Shown piece by piece: positions 26,763 through 42,267 of a stretch of DNA of 64,000 bases. Source of the stretch: the human T2T-CHM13v2.0 reference genome, Homo sapiens; the NCBI RefSeq assembly GCF_009914755.1, contig NC_060934.1; one strand, written 5' to 3'. The notes under the pieces are model-generated. The model made no database searches. It was not told where the DNA came from and was given only the letters and a program-made list of their open reading frames with translations. The translations under genes and the position numbers were made by a program. Positions within the stretch are counted from its first letter, which is position 1; each line of letters starts with the position of its first letter.

Positions 26763-27056
26763 TTTTTTTTTTTTGAAACAGGGTCTCACTCTGTCGCCCA
26801 GACTGTGGTGCAGTGCTGTGATCTTAGCTCACTGCAGCGTCGACCTCCCAGGCTTGAGCAATCCTCCTTCCTCAGCCTCCTGAGTAGCTGGAACTACAGG
26901 CACATATCACCATGCCCGACTAATTATTGTATTTTTTGTAGAGACAAGGTTTCACCATGTTGCCCAGGTTGGTCTCAAATTTCTGGGCTCCAGTGATCCA
27001 CCTGTCTGGGCCTCCCAAAGTGCTGGGATTGCAGGCATGAGCCACAATGCATGGCC
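26763..27056 (-). mobile_element. AluJ
   Basis: Antisense Alu, J-type motifs. Confidence 0.92.
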
Positions 27057-27188
27057 TTAACGTAGAAATTGTATCAACTTGCTTCCCACTTAGACTTTCG
27101 TTAAAATGCATCAAAAAGCATAGAAATAAAAACTTTTTTTTGTCTAGACCTCTGATCACTGAAAAAAACATTTTAAAGTATGTATTCA

Positions 27189-27632
<444 letters not shown>

Positions 27633-28100
27633 TCCTTTTTTTGGCTCTCATTAGTTTAGCTTGCTTGCTCTAACTCTGAGCATGTGCTTCTTTTCATGGG
27701 TGGTTTAGCATTAATACTTTGGGAATTTGGGAATTGTGACAGGCTCTTTCAAACTGTGAGGAGGGAGCTGGACATTCAATAGAAAAATAACCTATCAAAT
27801 CACATTTTTCCTGATGTGCGTTAACTTACAAAAAAGTAAGTGGAGTTATTTCTCAAACTTGCTGAGGGTAAAAAGGACCCCAAGGCAATGCCAGAATATT
27901 GACATTTAGGCACAATAGAGAGGTTGGGGTTCACCAAAGCCTTGTCACATGCACTTTGACCTTTTAATCCAAATTCGAAATGGAGTGATTTTTATGCATT
28001 TGGAGTCTCTTCTTGTCACTTGAGAACATCACAAACTTGAGAACATCACAGACTAACATTTTCTGTTTTGATATAGTTTTCTTATTAAAATAAAATCAAG

Positions 28101-28405
28101 TTTATTTTCTTATTTATTTTTTATTTTTTTAGGCAGAGTTTTACTCTGTTGACCAGGCTGGAGTGCAATGACATGCTCAGCTCACTGCAACCCCTGCCTC
28201 CTGGGCTGTAGCTATCGTCCCTCCTCAGCCTCCTGAGTAGAGCAACTACAGGTGCACGCCACCATGCCCAGCTAATCTTTGTATTTGTAGAAACAGGTTT
28301 TGCCGTGTGTGCCCAGGCTGGTCTCAAACTCCCAAGCTCAAGTGATCTACCAACCTGGGGCTCCCAAAGTGCTGGGATTACAGGTATGAGCCACTGTGCA
28401 CAGCC
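28101..28405 (-). mobile_element. AluJ
   Basis: Diverged antisense Alu with T-rich tail. Confidence 0.9.
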
Positions 28406-28881
28406 AAAATGAATATTGTCATAAAGCATATATGTCAAAATTAATATTGTCAAAAAGCATTTTGTTTCTGCAAAAGATTTCTCTGCAAAAGCATATTTTG
28501 CTTAAAAATCCAAGACTTTAGCTGACCCCAAATCCAGCCACCCAGGGACCCAAACCCCAGAAGTCAGGGAGTGGGAATTCCTTCTCAACTGCCTTTCCTC
28601 TCTGTTGACCTGGGAGACACAGTGCTGCAAGAAGATGACTGGCTCTTGGCTCAGCAACACACACACAAAAGCAGCTCTTAAGGAAAAAATGGTGGAGGAG
28701 AACTCACTGGTGGGATGCTGAAGGCTCGCTGACCAGAGGGAGGCTGAAGGAGCCAAGTTGGAAGGAACCCAGTTAGCTGGAAAGGTCCAAGCAGTACCTC
28801 TCAGCAGAAACAGTCTAGGAAGCTGCCACCAGCACTGCACACCCTCTTGTTCTCACTATGGTTTCTATCCACCTTTTGTCA

Positions 28882-29566
28882 TGAAACCGCCTTTGCAAAA
28901 TTATGACTGAGACAGTGAAAGAGATCTAACTTAATCAACTCCATCTTGCTTCTAACCTTCAAGCTGTCTTTGTTCATTCCTGGGCTTAGGCTGAACTAAC
29001 TTTGGGAGAAACTTAGTCTATAGTTTAAAACAAAGACAATAACAGCCTTTTCCAAAAGCAGACCTCCTTCTTGCCTGGGGACTAGATTGCCTTTGTAGGG
29101 CTAACATTAGCCATAATGTTAGAAATTATGGCTTAGGAGTCATGCAGCTGAAGGCTATGAGATTCTGATCCTCTCTAAACTGCTCCTAAGATCAGTGCTT
29201 GAGATATTTTGCAGACCCTGCACTTGATGGATCAGCTGGCACCACCCAGATCAATAAACTGGCTCATCTGATCTTGTGACCCCCACTCAGGAACTGACTC
29301 AGTGCAAGAAAACAGTTTCTACTCCCTGTGATTTCATCCCTGAACAATCAGCACTCCTGGCTCACTGGCTTCCCCCAAACCACCAAGTTGTTCTTAAAAA
29401 CGCTGCTCCCCAAATGCTCAGGGACACTAATTTGAGTAATAATAAAGCTCCAGTCTCCCACACAGCCAGCTCTGTATGAATTATTCTTTCTCTATTGCAA
29501 TGCCCCTGTCTTGATGAATCAGCTCTGTTGAGGCAGTGGGCAAGGTGAACCCGTTGGGCAGTTACA
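28882..29566 (+). mobile_element. LTR8 (ERV1) solo LTR
   Basis: Starts TGAAACCGCCTTTGCAAAATTATGACTGAGACAGTGAAAGAGATCTAAC, ends GGCAAGGTGAACCCGTTGGGCAGTTACA; ~685 bp. Confidence 0.9.
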
Positions 29567-29984
29567 GTGTCATATGACACAAGTCTTATGTCGAGAACCC
29601 AGGCAGGAAATTCTAACAGCCAGATCAAGGCCACATATTTAAGGCTTGGCCTTCAGGTACAGGGAGCGGGAAGGTACACCCACCTTCTCTTTCTTTTTGG
29701 AGTAGGAAGGGCACACTATCCCACCAAAAGTACAAAGAATGAAAGAGGTACCACAAATAGGCAGCGTGGTTGGATACTGACCAACCAAAAAACCTGAAAA
29801 CATAAAACAAAACAACTGTCACTTGACTTTCTAAGGGAGTGGCACCAGGATAAAGTGTCCTCCACCTGAGGCACAAGGGTATTCTTTTGTCTCTGAACTC
29901 AGGCAAGAACTCCCAACCCCTTCACATGCAGAACTAGAATCAGAGTATGAGTAGATCTCCAACCCACATGGGAGACAGTCCTGA

Positions 29985-30205
29985 GATTATGGGCTTTGAG
30001 GCAAGAGGAAAAGGGTTAGTCTGCTGGGCTTGCAATGTATCAACCACATTACCATAAACAAGTCCTTTTACCTAACTGAGCCCAGCTTCCTCCTCTGTTA
30101 AATGGAGCTGATAAATATTGTTCCCCTCTTGTATTGTTGCGAAGATTCAATGAGGTAATACGTACCAAATACTGTCCTTGGGACAGAGTTAACCTCAATC
30201 ACTGT
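29985..30205 (+). mobile_element. MIR
   Basis: GGGCTTTGAGGCAAG...TGAGCCCAGCTTCCTCCTCTGTTAAATGGAG...TTGTTGCGAAGATTCAATGAGGTAAT. Confidence 0.65.
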
Positions 30206-30596
30206 AGCCCTTTTCATTAACATGAGTCTCTCTGGTGGGGTATAAATGCAGTTCAGAATTCCCCCAAACAGGCTTTCATTTAGTTCATATTACCACTTCC
30301 CTAGAATTATGAGTTAAAAATTTCTGTGTTGTCATCCTGACATAGTCACAGACATCACCCACTGATGCCGGAACCAGCCTATGTCCTGTTCATTTGTCCC
30401 TCACTGGGCTACCCAAATAATTCCCCAGGAGAATACCTGGATATCACCTTCTTACAATGACCTCAGAATGGGTCCCATGCTCCAATATATTTTATGCACT
30501 TTGCCTGAAATGTATTTGAAACCAACATTTAAAACATCATCAGTTTATACAACAGGAATGTTTTTACTGATCTCTTTAATTCTAGAAAATTCTTAC

Positions 30597-30738
30597 CTTC
30601 GGGTTGAACGTTAGCATGGTTTTGAGGTTTGGGAAAGAGCACTGTGGGGTATCTCGGTTGCTATCTGCTATTGCTGATACGCTGATGTGTACAAGGAGGA
30701 AAGCTCAAGTGTCTGGCTAAATGGAATGTGTAACTGTG
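30597..30738 (-). other. Candidate non-coding or 5'UTR exon (142 nt)
   Basis: Acceptor tttcttgattttcccccttttctggcag| and donor AAG|gtaaga; stops in all three frames. Confidence 0.3.
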
Positions 30739-31661
30739 CTGCCAGAAAAGGGGGAAAATCAAGAAATCACCCAGTGACAGGGGGTGTCCAGTGAGCAAGT
30801 CAGTAAAGGGCAGAGACTGCAGAAAGCCAAGAGAGAGCTTTATAATAATACCTAGCGCTTGTATCAATGATTCCAGAGCTGTTTCTAGCAGCTATTTCCT
30901 GTGGACAAGCACTGGTATCTTGGTTCACGGAAAGAAAATGAAGCCTGACCCTGATGTGCAGTTTTCCAACTTCCCTCTCAAAGCAGCAGTTGCTGGCCTG
31001 GAATTCCCAGGCCTGAGTTCAGTGGGTAGAACGGCTCTGGAAGGGGACACCAAGACTCGGGCAGATGCAGCATCTGGGACACAGCTGTGACGGAAAGCGA
31101 GCTGGGCCATCCCAAAGGGGCATCTGTCTGCAGTGGCTGTTAGAGGCAGGTCCAGGTGCAAATCTACAGGACATCAAGGACACCCAAAGCATGAGTGAAA
31201 GATATTGTAATGAGGGTCGGGGTGGCATCTGGAGAAGCCACCTGAGCCACTGGGACCCAGCAACAAGGATGTTTTATGAAGTGCTTAGGATGGGCTTGCT
31301 AAGACACCTTGCCATCACAGAGACATAGAGGGCTTCATGTTATAAAGCAGTTTTTCTTCATCTGGCAAATTTTTCCTCCCTCAGCTGGACTTGGAAATCT
31401 ACCTACTTAGAAAGCCAAACTCGGATCAAACAAATGCACAAAGGAGAGTCTGATGCCCTGTAGTCCAATTGGTTGGCACAAGTTCAGGTGGCATCTGGAA
31501 CACGAGTGACCTTAAGTCAGACCCTGGAGCAGCATGCAGGATGTGTCCTTAGCTTGTCCTGTGGAGTTCATGCTCACTGAAAACTCCATCATCTTCTTGT
31601 GGGTTCACGGACAGCCTGTCTCAACTGCAGAGGCCTCCAAATGCTATAAAGAGTTAATATG

Positions 31662-31968
31662 GGCCAGATACACTGAAGCCTGTAATCCTAGCACTTTGGG
31701 AGGCTGAGGCAGGAAGGCCACTTGAGTCCGGGAGTTCAAGACCAGCCTGGGCAACATAATGAGATCCTAGCTCTACAAAAATAAAAAATAAAAAATGTTA
31801 AGCCAGGCATGGTGGGGCACACGTGTAGTTCCAGCTAATCAGGAGGCTGAGCAGGAGTATGGCATAAACACAGGGGTTCAAGGCTGCAGTGAGCTGTGAT
31901 TGTGCCACTGCACTCCCACCTGGACCACAGAACAAAACCCTGTTTCTAAAATAAGTAAATGATAAAAT
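31662..31968 (+). mobile_element. AluJ (Jo-like)
   Basis: GTTCAAGGCTGCAGTGAGCTGTGAT; TSD AGAGTTAATATG/AGAATTAATACG. Confidence 0.9.
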
Positions 31969-33665
31969 AGAATTAATACGGTTTTTAATTCTCAAAAATC
32001 CAGAGGGATCCTCCAGTGGTAAGAGCATATATACCTATGGGGGTTTTGGCAAAGAGACTCAGCACTTCTGACCACAGTGGAGAATATCGTGGCTCTGAGA
32101 CAGTCACTGAGGGTCAAAGCTGTATCCCGCAGGTGCATTGGGGTGTAGAAATGGATGCAAACACAGCTTTCATCAGTTGCATTCCCGACCTCATAGTTCC
32201 CTGACCTTTATTTACCCTCCAGTCACATCCCTACATGGAACATCGAGACACCAGCTGACCCTGAGGCACTGGACTCATCGACACATCACACACATCAACA
32301 CGTGTAGACTCAGGCACCTATTCTTCAAAGCTGACCACAACCTGCTGTTGCTCATCTTCCTCTTCCCATTTTTATGTGTATTTATTATGCAGCTCCCATA
32401 GTGTTTTGTTTACAATGCAGATAAACAAAGGCTCTGTCTATTTGAGATGTGTGCTTCCTCCAAAATTATAAATTTTGAAAGAAGGCAAAAAAATAACAAG
32501 AGAATCAATTCAAGTAGAGCCACTCAAAGGCTAAGACTAGGATATGTTAAAACAGTATCAGGTCCTGCCCTGGCTCTCAGGATGCCGGTTCTGTGATTGC
32601 ACTCCACGTCCGTGGTAGACCCTTTTGCGTTCTAGGAATTTATGAGTTAGAAAACCCAACAGGTGTGGAATAAAGGGAATGTCTCCCCCCAACACTGGGA
32701 AGGCCCTCAGGAGGCACATTTAGCTTGAAAATTTGCCCAACCACTCAACCAATGCATGCCAGAGACTTCAAAACCAGTCCTGATCATGTTTAGGGCTCTG
32801 CACCACGACTAGGAAACAGTCCTCTCAATTTCCTAAGGAAACTGGTTGACTATCAACGCCTCCTCCTCACTTACGTGCTGACATTTTTCCTTAAGATGTT
32901 GAACCCCTCACCAAACAGACCGGCAAGTAATCACCAAGGATTCTTTCAGGAACCCGTGTTTATTCATGCACCTTCATCTTCAGTTCAGAATGTTTTTAAT
33001 CTTGTAAATCAGTAACCAACCAAGGTGATTGCTGCTGATTTTAAATACTTCATGTTATTTTTAATGCGTTTTACAGAGCTGGGATCTGATGAGTATAGAT
33101 GTAATAAAAACACATCCTCCTATCTTTTTTTTTCTTAAACATTTTCCTTGTACGATTTCGCAAAAAGACAGATAACTTATAGAGTAAGTTCTTTTGCTGT
33201 TTATATTTCTCCTGGCAGATTGCCAAACAGCGTTTAGCAGCGTATTAATCAGCTAGAATGTGAGCTCCACAGACCACTGCATTTTCCTTCTGCACCTGAG
33301 AACTCCAGTGGAAGTCTCAGAAACTCTTGTTGAGCCAGAAATCTATTTTCAGTGGATATTGAATTCATGGATTGTATATTTTCACCTTCCACGTCCAGGT
33401 GAAGGCTGAGATCACTAGTAGGACCTCCCAACCCTGGAAATGTGGCAAGCAGAAAGCCATTGTGACTCTCTGGACACATTAGTGGAGAAATGTTGAATTC
33501 TCTCTTACTCATATTACATCTTAGAAGCATCCACCAGCACAGCCTGTAGATTTGTAAGATGAGCAGAGTAATGAAAATGACACGGTGTGATTCGTTATCT
33601 TCTCATTGGTGGTGACTTCTCACAGAGGTGGCAGAGCAAGCCAGGCAAATGAAGTTAAGCTGTTC

Positions 33666-34040
33666 AGGAAGGAAGAAAGGAAGGAAGGAAGGAAGGAAGG
33701 AAGCAGGGAGGGATGGAAGTAGGGAAGGAAGGAAGGAAGGAAGGAAGCAGGGAGGGAGGGAGGGAAGGAAAGAAGGAAGGAAGGAATGAAGCAGGGAGGG
33801 AGGGAGGGAAGGAAAGAAGGAAGGAAGGAAGGAAGCAGGGAGGGAGGGAGGGAAGAAAGGAAGGAAGGAAGGAAGGAGGGAGGGAAGAAAGGAAGGAAGG
33901 AGGGAGGGAAGAAAGGAAGGAAGGAGGGAGGGAAGAAAGGAAGGAAGGAGGGAGGGAGGGAGGGAAGGAGGGAGGGGAGGAGGGAGGGAAGGAAGGAAGG
34001 AGGGAGGGAGGGAGGGAAGGAAGGAAGGAAGGAAATGGAA
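33666..34040. repeat. Compound (GGAA)n/(GGGA)n polypurine tract, ~370 bp
   Basis: Almost exclusively G/A on the plus strand; includes a reiterated 24-bp unit GGAGGGAGGGAAGAAAGGAAGGAA. Confidence 0.97.
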
Positions 34041-34631
34041 TAAAATAATGACATGAATTTAGGATATTTGTGTACAAGAAAATCCAAAAGGTCAATTTAT
34101 TATATCTTTCATTATTAGATTTGATGTAGATCTGGGAAATACTATAAATTTAAAATAAACTTGCAGCTTTTCTCCCCGTGAGCATGTTGAGCTTTTAGGT
34201 CCTTCGAGGAGAGGGCTTCCTTCCTGCCTTGCCTGTTCTTCTTGGAGACTCTTCGTGTAATAAGCTAAACTTGAGAGTTGCTAGACCTCAGTTGCTCAAA
34301 AGGAAGGGAATGTGATCCCCAAGGCACTGGGACCTGAAGCAATTGCTTCAAGGGCTGTGAAGTCATCAGCTTTGCCTTCATGTAGGCACTAGTCTAGCAC
34401 AGCCTATGATATGCCCAGTTCGGGCAGGAATAACTCCAGGCAGAATATCCACCTTTTCACAGTCTTAAGATATCAGGAAAATTAGACTTCTCCACATGAA
34501 CATTTTTAAAAATTGGACTCAGTGCCTCTACTTGCAAATTGTGTGCATGCGTGTGTGTGTTTGTGCACACAAGAATGTGTTTTGAGGACATTTGAATGCA
34601 AACAAAGCTATGCAATGAAAACCTGGTTTGG

Positions 34632-35166
34632 GGCCCAGAGCAATGGCTCACGCCTGTAATCCCAGCACTTTGGGAAGCCAAAGCGGGCAGATCACTTGAA
34701 GCCAGGAGTTCAAGACCAGCCTGGCCAACACGGTGAAACCCTATCTCTACTAAAAATACAGAAATTATCAGGCCAGGAGCTTGCAGTGAGCCGAGTGCGC
34801 CACTGCACTCCAGCCTGGGCGACAGAGTGAGACTCCATCTCAAAAAATAAAAAAAAAGAAGTAAAACAACATAAACATCATTGTTTTCCTGACTGCTTAA
34901 ATAATGAACAGTAGGATTTTCTCCCATCAGAATTTTCTGCCTCTCCTGTTCAACACTTACAGCTTTAGTTCACTGATGTGGATAAAATCACAGTGAGACA
35001 GATGGTGCTGGCCTGTAGTCTCAGATACCTAGGAGGCTGGGGCAGGAGAATCACTTGAACCCAGGAGGCGGAGGTTGCAGTGAACCAAGATCACACCAAT
35101 GTACTCCAGCCTGGGTGACAGAGCAAGACTCTGTCTCAAAAAACATACAAACAAACAAAAAACCCA
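34632..35166 (+). mobile_element. AluS (Sz/Sx-like) split by a ~225-bp non-TPRT insertion
   Basis: Left monomer and linker 34632-34773, right monomer resumes at ~35002; TSD AAAACCTGGTTTGG (34618) / AAAACCTAGTTTGG (35167). Confidence 0.9.
34776..34980 (+). repeat. Dispersed direct duplicate of 39600-39811 (AluY 3' end, tail, TSD and unique flank)
   Basis: Unique 109 bp at 34872-34980 matches 39703-39811 with 2 mismatches. Confidence 0.96.
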
Positions 35167-35624
35167 AAAACCTAGTTTGGTTTACAAACTGCCCCAAAAC
35201 AAACTTCTGAACATAATCTTTTCTTAAAGGTATGTCTTGCATATAAGAAAGGCTTGTATATTTGTACTTTTTTTCTGACTTTGTTTTATTCTCAGCAATC
35301 TGAGGAGTTTGTTCCCTGGAGCCTATTTATAATGATGCTTCAGGTTCTGCTGCATGTCCCCTTTGGCTTTCCTCCTGAAGCGGAGAAGCATTTGCACAGA
35401 GCACACCAGGTGTTACTTTCATATTCTCAGACATACTAGACTCTATTAACAAAAACACTAAATCAAAACACAGCAAAATTAGTGATCATCGCCGGAGTAT
35501 GCAGCCCAAACTCCTTACGACAGCTCGGGAAGTGCCCTGTGTCTCTGTTCTCACTGTCTACATGATTGGACAATTTGATACTGATAGTAATTGACATTTT
35601 AACTATTAGTTGGTGTTCACATAA

Positions 35625-36477
<853 letters not shown>

Positions 36478-37247
36478 TAATTATACTTTCTGAGTTCAGG
36501 CATGGTAGCCAAGCAAAAGGGAATGTACACTTTTCTAAAATCTAGAGATCAGGAAAACGAAACTAAGGCACCTTGACTCACCCAGCTAACAAAAATCACA
36601 GAAGTAAACAGAGTTGGTTGCTATGAAGAGAGGAATACAAACAAATGAATCTCATTCAAAGATGTCACTAACAGTGTTTTTCCTCCCTCACAAAGGGATA
36701 GTCAGTTTTTCTCTTGCAATGGCAGTTCAGGAGTGAGGAAGATTCTTCTGTTTATCCATTGGAAAAAATACTGTGAAAGAATTTGATCTATAGGATCCTT
36801 GGGAGACCACCTTTCTGAAATCCAGGTGCAGCTCTCTGTCCAAGATAAATCCAAATAACATTCCAAAGAAAGTCCCTGAAAGAACAGAAGCATGTATTGA
36901 ATGATAGGTGAGCAAAGGAGATGGCGGTTTCCCAAAAGAAAACAGAAAGATTTATTTATCAACAGAGGAGGTGGATATTGCTAAAATTATAGAGTTGAAA
37001 CTTTGCCCTTTAGTTCACAGAGGAAGCTGGGGAGAGATATCAGAAACAGATGGCAATTTCCCAAATGGAAATAGAAGACCCTGGAAGAAATGGAAGAACA
37101 AATGTTCCAGTCTCACAGTCAGTCAAGGACTTAGACTTCTTAGGAGATGGTGCAAGTTCATTGCCCTACAGAGCTCTAAATTATGAAGTAAAAGGAGGAT
37201 TAAAATGAATATAATTAACCTATTTAAGCTTTAATATGTAACTATAA

Positions 37248-37552
37248 TTATTTTTTTCGAGACTGGATCTTGCTCTGTCACCCAGGCTGGAGTGCAGTGG
37301 TGTGATCATGGCTCACTACAGCCCCAACCACCGCCCCCACCGAGGGGTTCAAGTAATTCTCCCACCTCAGCCTCCAGAGTAGATGGGACTACAGGCATGT
37401 GCCATTACACACAGCTAATTTTTTTATGTTTTTTAGAGATGAGGTCTCACTACGTTGTCTGAGCTGGTCTTGAACTCCTGGCCTCAAGTGATCCTCCCAA
37501 CCTTGGCCTCCCAAAGTGCTGGGATTACAAGTGTGAGCCACTACACTTAGCC
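37248..37552 (-). mobile_element. AluJ
   Basis: GATCATGGCTCACTACAGCC, GAACTCCTGGCCTCAAGTGATCCTCCC. Confidence 0.91.
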
Positions 37553-37849
37553 TAATGTATTATTATTAGATTGCAAAAATGTTTTGATGGTCTGAATGGC
37601 AGGAAAACGTATAAGAGAAAACAAAGCATTGATTACTTCTAGGTCAGTTAGCGGTGCTCATGTAGCAGTGCTGCCTCGACCTCCCAAATTCTCTTCCTCT
37701 GTTCAAGACCTACTTCCAGACGCTACCCTGCAAAGGAGTTAATGTTTGGTTCTTTTTCTGGGTTCCTAGGATCAAACCCAAAGAGAGGATGCCTACAACA
37801 AACCTGCCTGCATCAGAAATTGCTGCAGGTGTTTCATTCTTACTCTTTT

Positions 37850-38870
<1,021 letters not shown>

Positions 38871-39386
38871 CACAAGAGGCAGGCATGAAGGAGTGGCCTG
38901 ATGCCAGAGCCTGCTTTCCTTCTTCGTGGGACGGTGCTGTGGTCCTCAGAACTGACAGGTGAGGCGGGCAGGTAAGGAACACCTGGCAATGTGGAAAGAG
39001 AATGATCTTATCTGGGCTGCAAATGGCCCTTAAGAAAACCATGGAATCGGGTCTGCATTCATGGCACCTGCCACATAGTTCCACTGGTGTCAGCCCTGGT
39101 AGTGACCGGAGGCCTCTGCAGCCCTCCCCCAGAGATGGGCACTTTAGTGGCTCAGGGGCCCCAGGGGGCCCAGCTCCACATCCTGCAACAGCACCAGCCA
39201 GGGCAAAAGCCCCCAGGGCCACCTTCACAAGGGCAATATTTTGAGCACTGGCCAATTTAAATATATAATTCAACTAAAAAGTGACCAAAAAAATGTAGTA
39301 AAATTTTTCTTTTAATGTGATTTTCCCAAGGTTTAGAACCTCCTTACTTATCAACCCTACCAGCTAAGTGAAGAAGTAAAACAACA

Positions 39387-39727
<341 letters not shown>

Positions 39728-39871
39728 TTAAATAATGAACAGTAGGATTTTCTCCCATCAGAATTTTCTGCCTCTCCTGTTCAACACTTAGAGCTTTAGT
39801 TCACTGATGTGACATAAATTAAGGCAGGTTTCATCAGTCAGTAAGTTCACAAATATTTATGGCATGCCTCC

Positions 39872-40377
39872 TGGGTCAAGATGCTTTCAGTGGCAGAAAA
39901 TGAAGACCCAATTAAAAGTGGCTTAAACATTTATAGAAATGTATTATCTCAAGTAAGAAGTCTGAGGATGGAGTGGTTCCAAAATTGGTTCATCAGTAGT
40001 TGCTCAATGATGTTGTCATGGCCCCAGAGTCTCACTTCCTCCTACTCTGCCATCATTGTGGTGTTAACTTGTGCTTTTGAGCTGGCTTTCCTCATGATGC
40101 CAAGGTGGCTGCCACAGATCCAGCTATCACATTGCTCTTTTCTAGGGTCAAAGACAAGTAAGTGTTGCAAAAGCACAGAATGTGCCCATTCCTAAACTAA
40201 TTACTAGCAACAAGAATAGAAAAACCCGGGATAAATTTAGATGGATTTCAATACACACACTGGGCACAGTGAGGGGGCCAGCCATGTGAAGTACGTGGTT
40301 AAAAGATGCCAGAAAAATCAGGGCTGGCAAAGAAGCAAGGGCAGTGGCTGATAGGCAACCAATATTGTCTATCACCC
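39872..40377 (-). mobile_element. MLT1L/K-like MaLR LTR nested in an L2 fragment
   Basis: GATGCTTTCAGTGGCAGAAAA..AAGTGGCTTAAAC..TTCCTCATGATGCCAAGGTGGCTGCCACAGATCCAG..GATAGGCAACCAA. Confidence 0.7.
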
Positions 40378-41097
40378 ACTATTCTGAGTACCAAGGACAT
40401 GTCAGCACACAAGCCCCACAAGGTTCTGCTCCCAAGGAGCTTACCTTCTAGTAGAGGCATGGGAATGTGGGTGGATAATGCAGGAGAGAGGAACTTATAA
40501 GGCAATCAGACTGGAAAAGCAAAGCAATATGACATATACATCTTTCTGTGGGTGGATTTTAGTATCACCAGGTGTATATTTAAGTACATTAAGTGGGAGT
40601 AGAATTGACTTGGCAATTGTGGGAGATAAACACTTTAGATGTGGGCATGAAATAAATAGGACATGAACAAATCAATCCCCATGTAATTTCTGAATTTTTA
40701 CTGCATGCAAAGTGTTGTGCAGGACTTGGAAAAGCTATCAAATAGAGGCCTTGGCCCTACAAACATCAGTATAGCTGGGTGATGATGCATTTGTGATAGA
40801 CATGAAGTACAATGGGCATTCAGAAGAGGATGAGAGGCAACTAGGTTGTCATGGAATCAATCTTGCCAACTTTATATTTTGAAAATAATTTAAAAGGAAA
40901 GAATAGAAAGGTAGTATTTTTTAATTCTTTAAAACTTTTTAAATCTGAGGAGTAGCTAAGAAAGAAGACAACAAGATTAAAATTGGAGGAACCAAGAATA
41001 AAAGAGCAAGATTAAAAATAATCCCAAGCTCCTCCAAATAAATATGCCTTGGAAAAATAATAATGGTAATAATCCCAATGCATTTATGGTGAATTGA

Positions 41098-41397
41098 TTT
41101 TTTTTTTTTTTTTTGAAATGCAGTTTCGCTCTTGTTGCCCAGGCTGGAGTGCAATGGTGCGATCTCAGCCACTGCAACCACTGCCTCCTGGATTCAAGTG
41201 ATTCTCCTGCCTCAGCTTCCCGAGTAGCTGGGATTACAGGTGCATGCCACCACGCCTAGCTAATTTTTTGTATTTTTAGTAGAGATGGGGCTTCACCATG
41301 TTAGCCAGGCTGGTCTCAAATTCCTGACCTCAGGTGATCTACCCACCTCGGCCTCCCAAAGTGCTGGGATTACAGGCATCAGCCACTGTGCCTGGCC
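41098..41397 (-). mobile_element. AluSq/Sp-like
   Basis: GTTTCGCTCTTGTTGCCCAGGCTGGAGTGCAATGG; GGTGAATT/GGTCAATT flanks. Confidence 0.93.
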
Positions 41398-42189
41398 GGT
41401 CAATTTTTTTTTTGTCAAAGTTTCCAAGAACACACAATGGGAAAAGGACAGTCTCTTTAAAAGCTGGATATCCACATACAAAAGAATGAAATTTGACCCT
41501 CAACTCATACCATATACAGAAATCAACTCACAACAGATTAAACACTTAAATATAAGACCTGAAACTGTCAAACTCCTTGAGGAAAACATCTAATTCTATG
41601 ACATTGACCTGAAAAAATGATTTTTTAAGTGTGGTCCCAAAAGCACAGGCAACAAAAGCAAAAATAGACAAATGGGTTACAAGAAACTAAAAAGCTTCTG
41701 CACAGGAAAGAAAACAATCAACAGGGTAAAGAGACAACCTATGGGATGGAAGATATATTTGCAAATCATACATCTGATAATGGGTTAATATCCAAAATAT
41801 TAAATATATAAGGAACTTAATAGCAAGAAAACAACCCAATTGAAAAATGGGCAAAGAATCTAAATAGACATTTCTCAAAAGAAGACATGCAGATGGCCAA
41901 CAGGTATATGAAAAAATGTTCAACATCACTAATAATCAAGGAAATGCAAAATAAAACCACAATGAGATGTCATTCACACTTGTTAGAATGGCTATTACCA
42001 AAAGACAAAAGATAAGGGTTGGTCAGGATATGCAGAAGAGGGAACATTTGTGTGCCATTGATGGAAAGGTAAACTATTGTAGACATTTTGGAAAAACAGC
42101 TTAGAGATTACTCAAACAATTAAATATAGAACTACCATATGAAATCAACCTAAGTGTCCATCGACAGATAAATGAATAAGGAAAATGTG

Positions 42190-42228
42190 AGATAGATGAA
42201 AGATACAATAGATAGATAATAGATAGAT

Positions 42229-42259
<31 letters not shown>

Positions 42260-42267
42260 GATAGATA
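42190..42267. repeat. (GATA)n tetranucleotide STR, pure run (GATA)7 at 42229-42256
   Basis: Direct reading. Confidence 0.95.

Noticed and set aside
33620-34095. Four overlapping ORFs rich in PSFL or GRKE
   Set aside because: Artefact of a stop-free GGAA/GGGA microsatellite.
34776-34980. Alu 3' transduction as the origin of the duplicate
   Set aside because: No terminal poly-A, no new TSD, and TTTT Pol III terminators lie within the copied flank.
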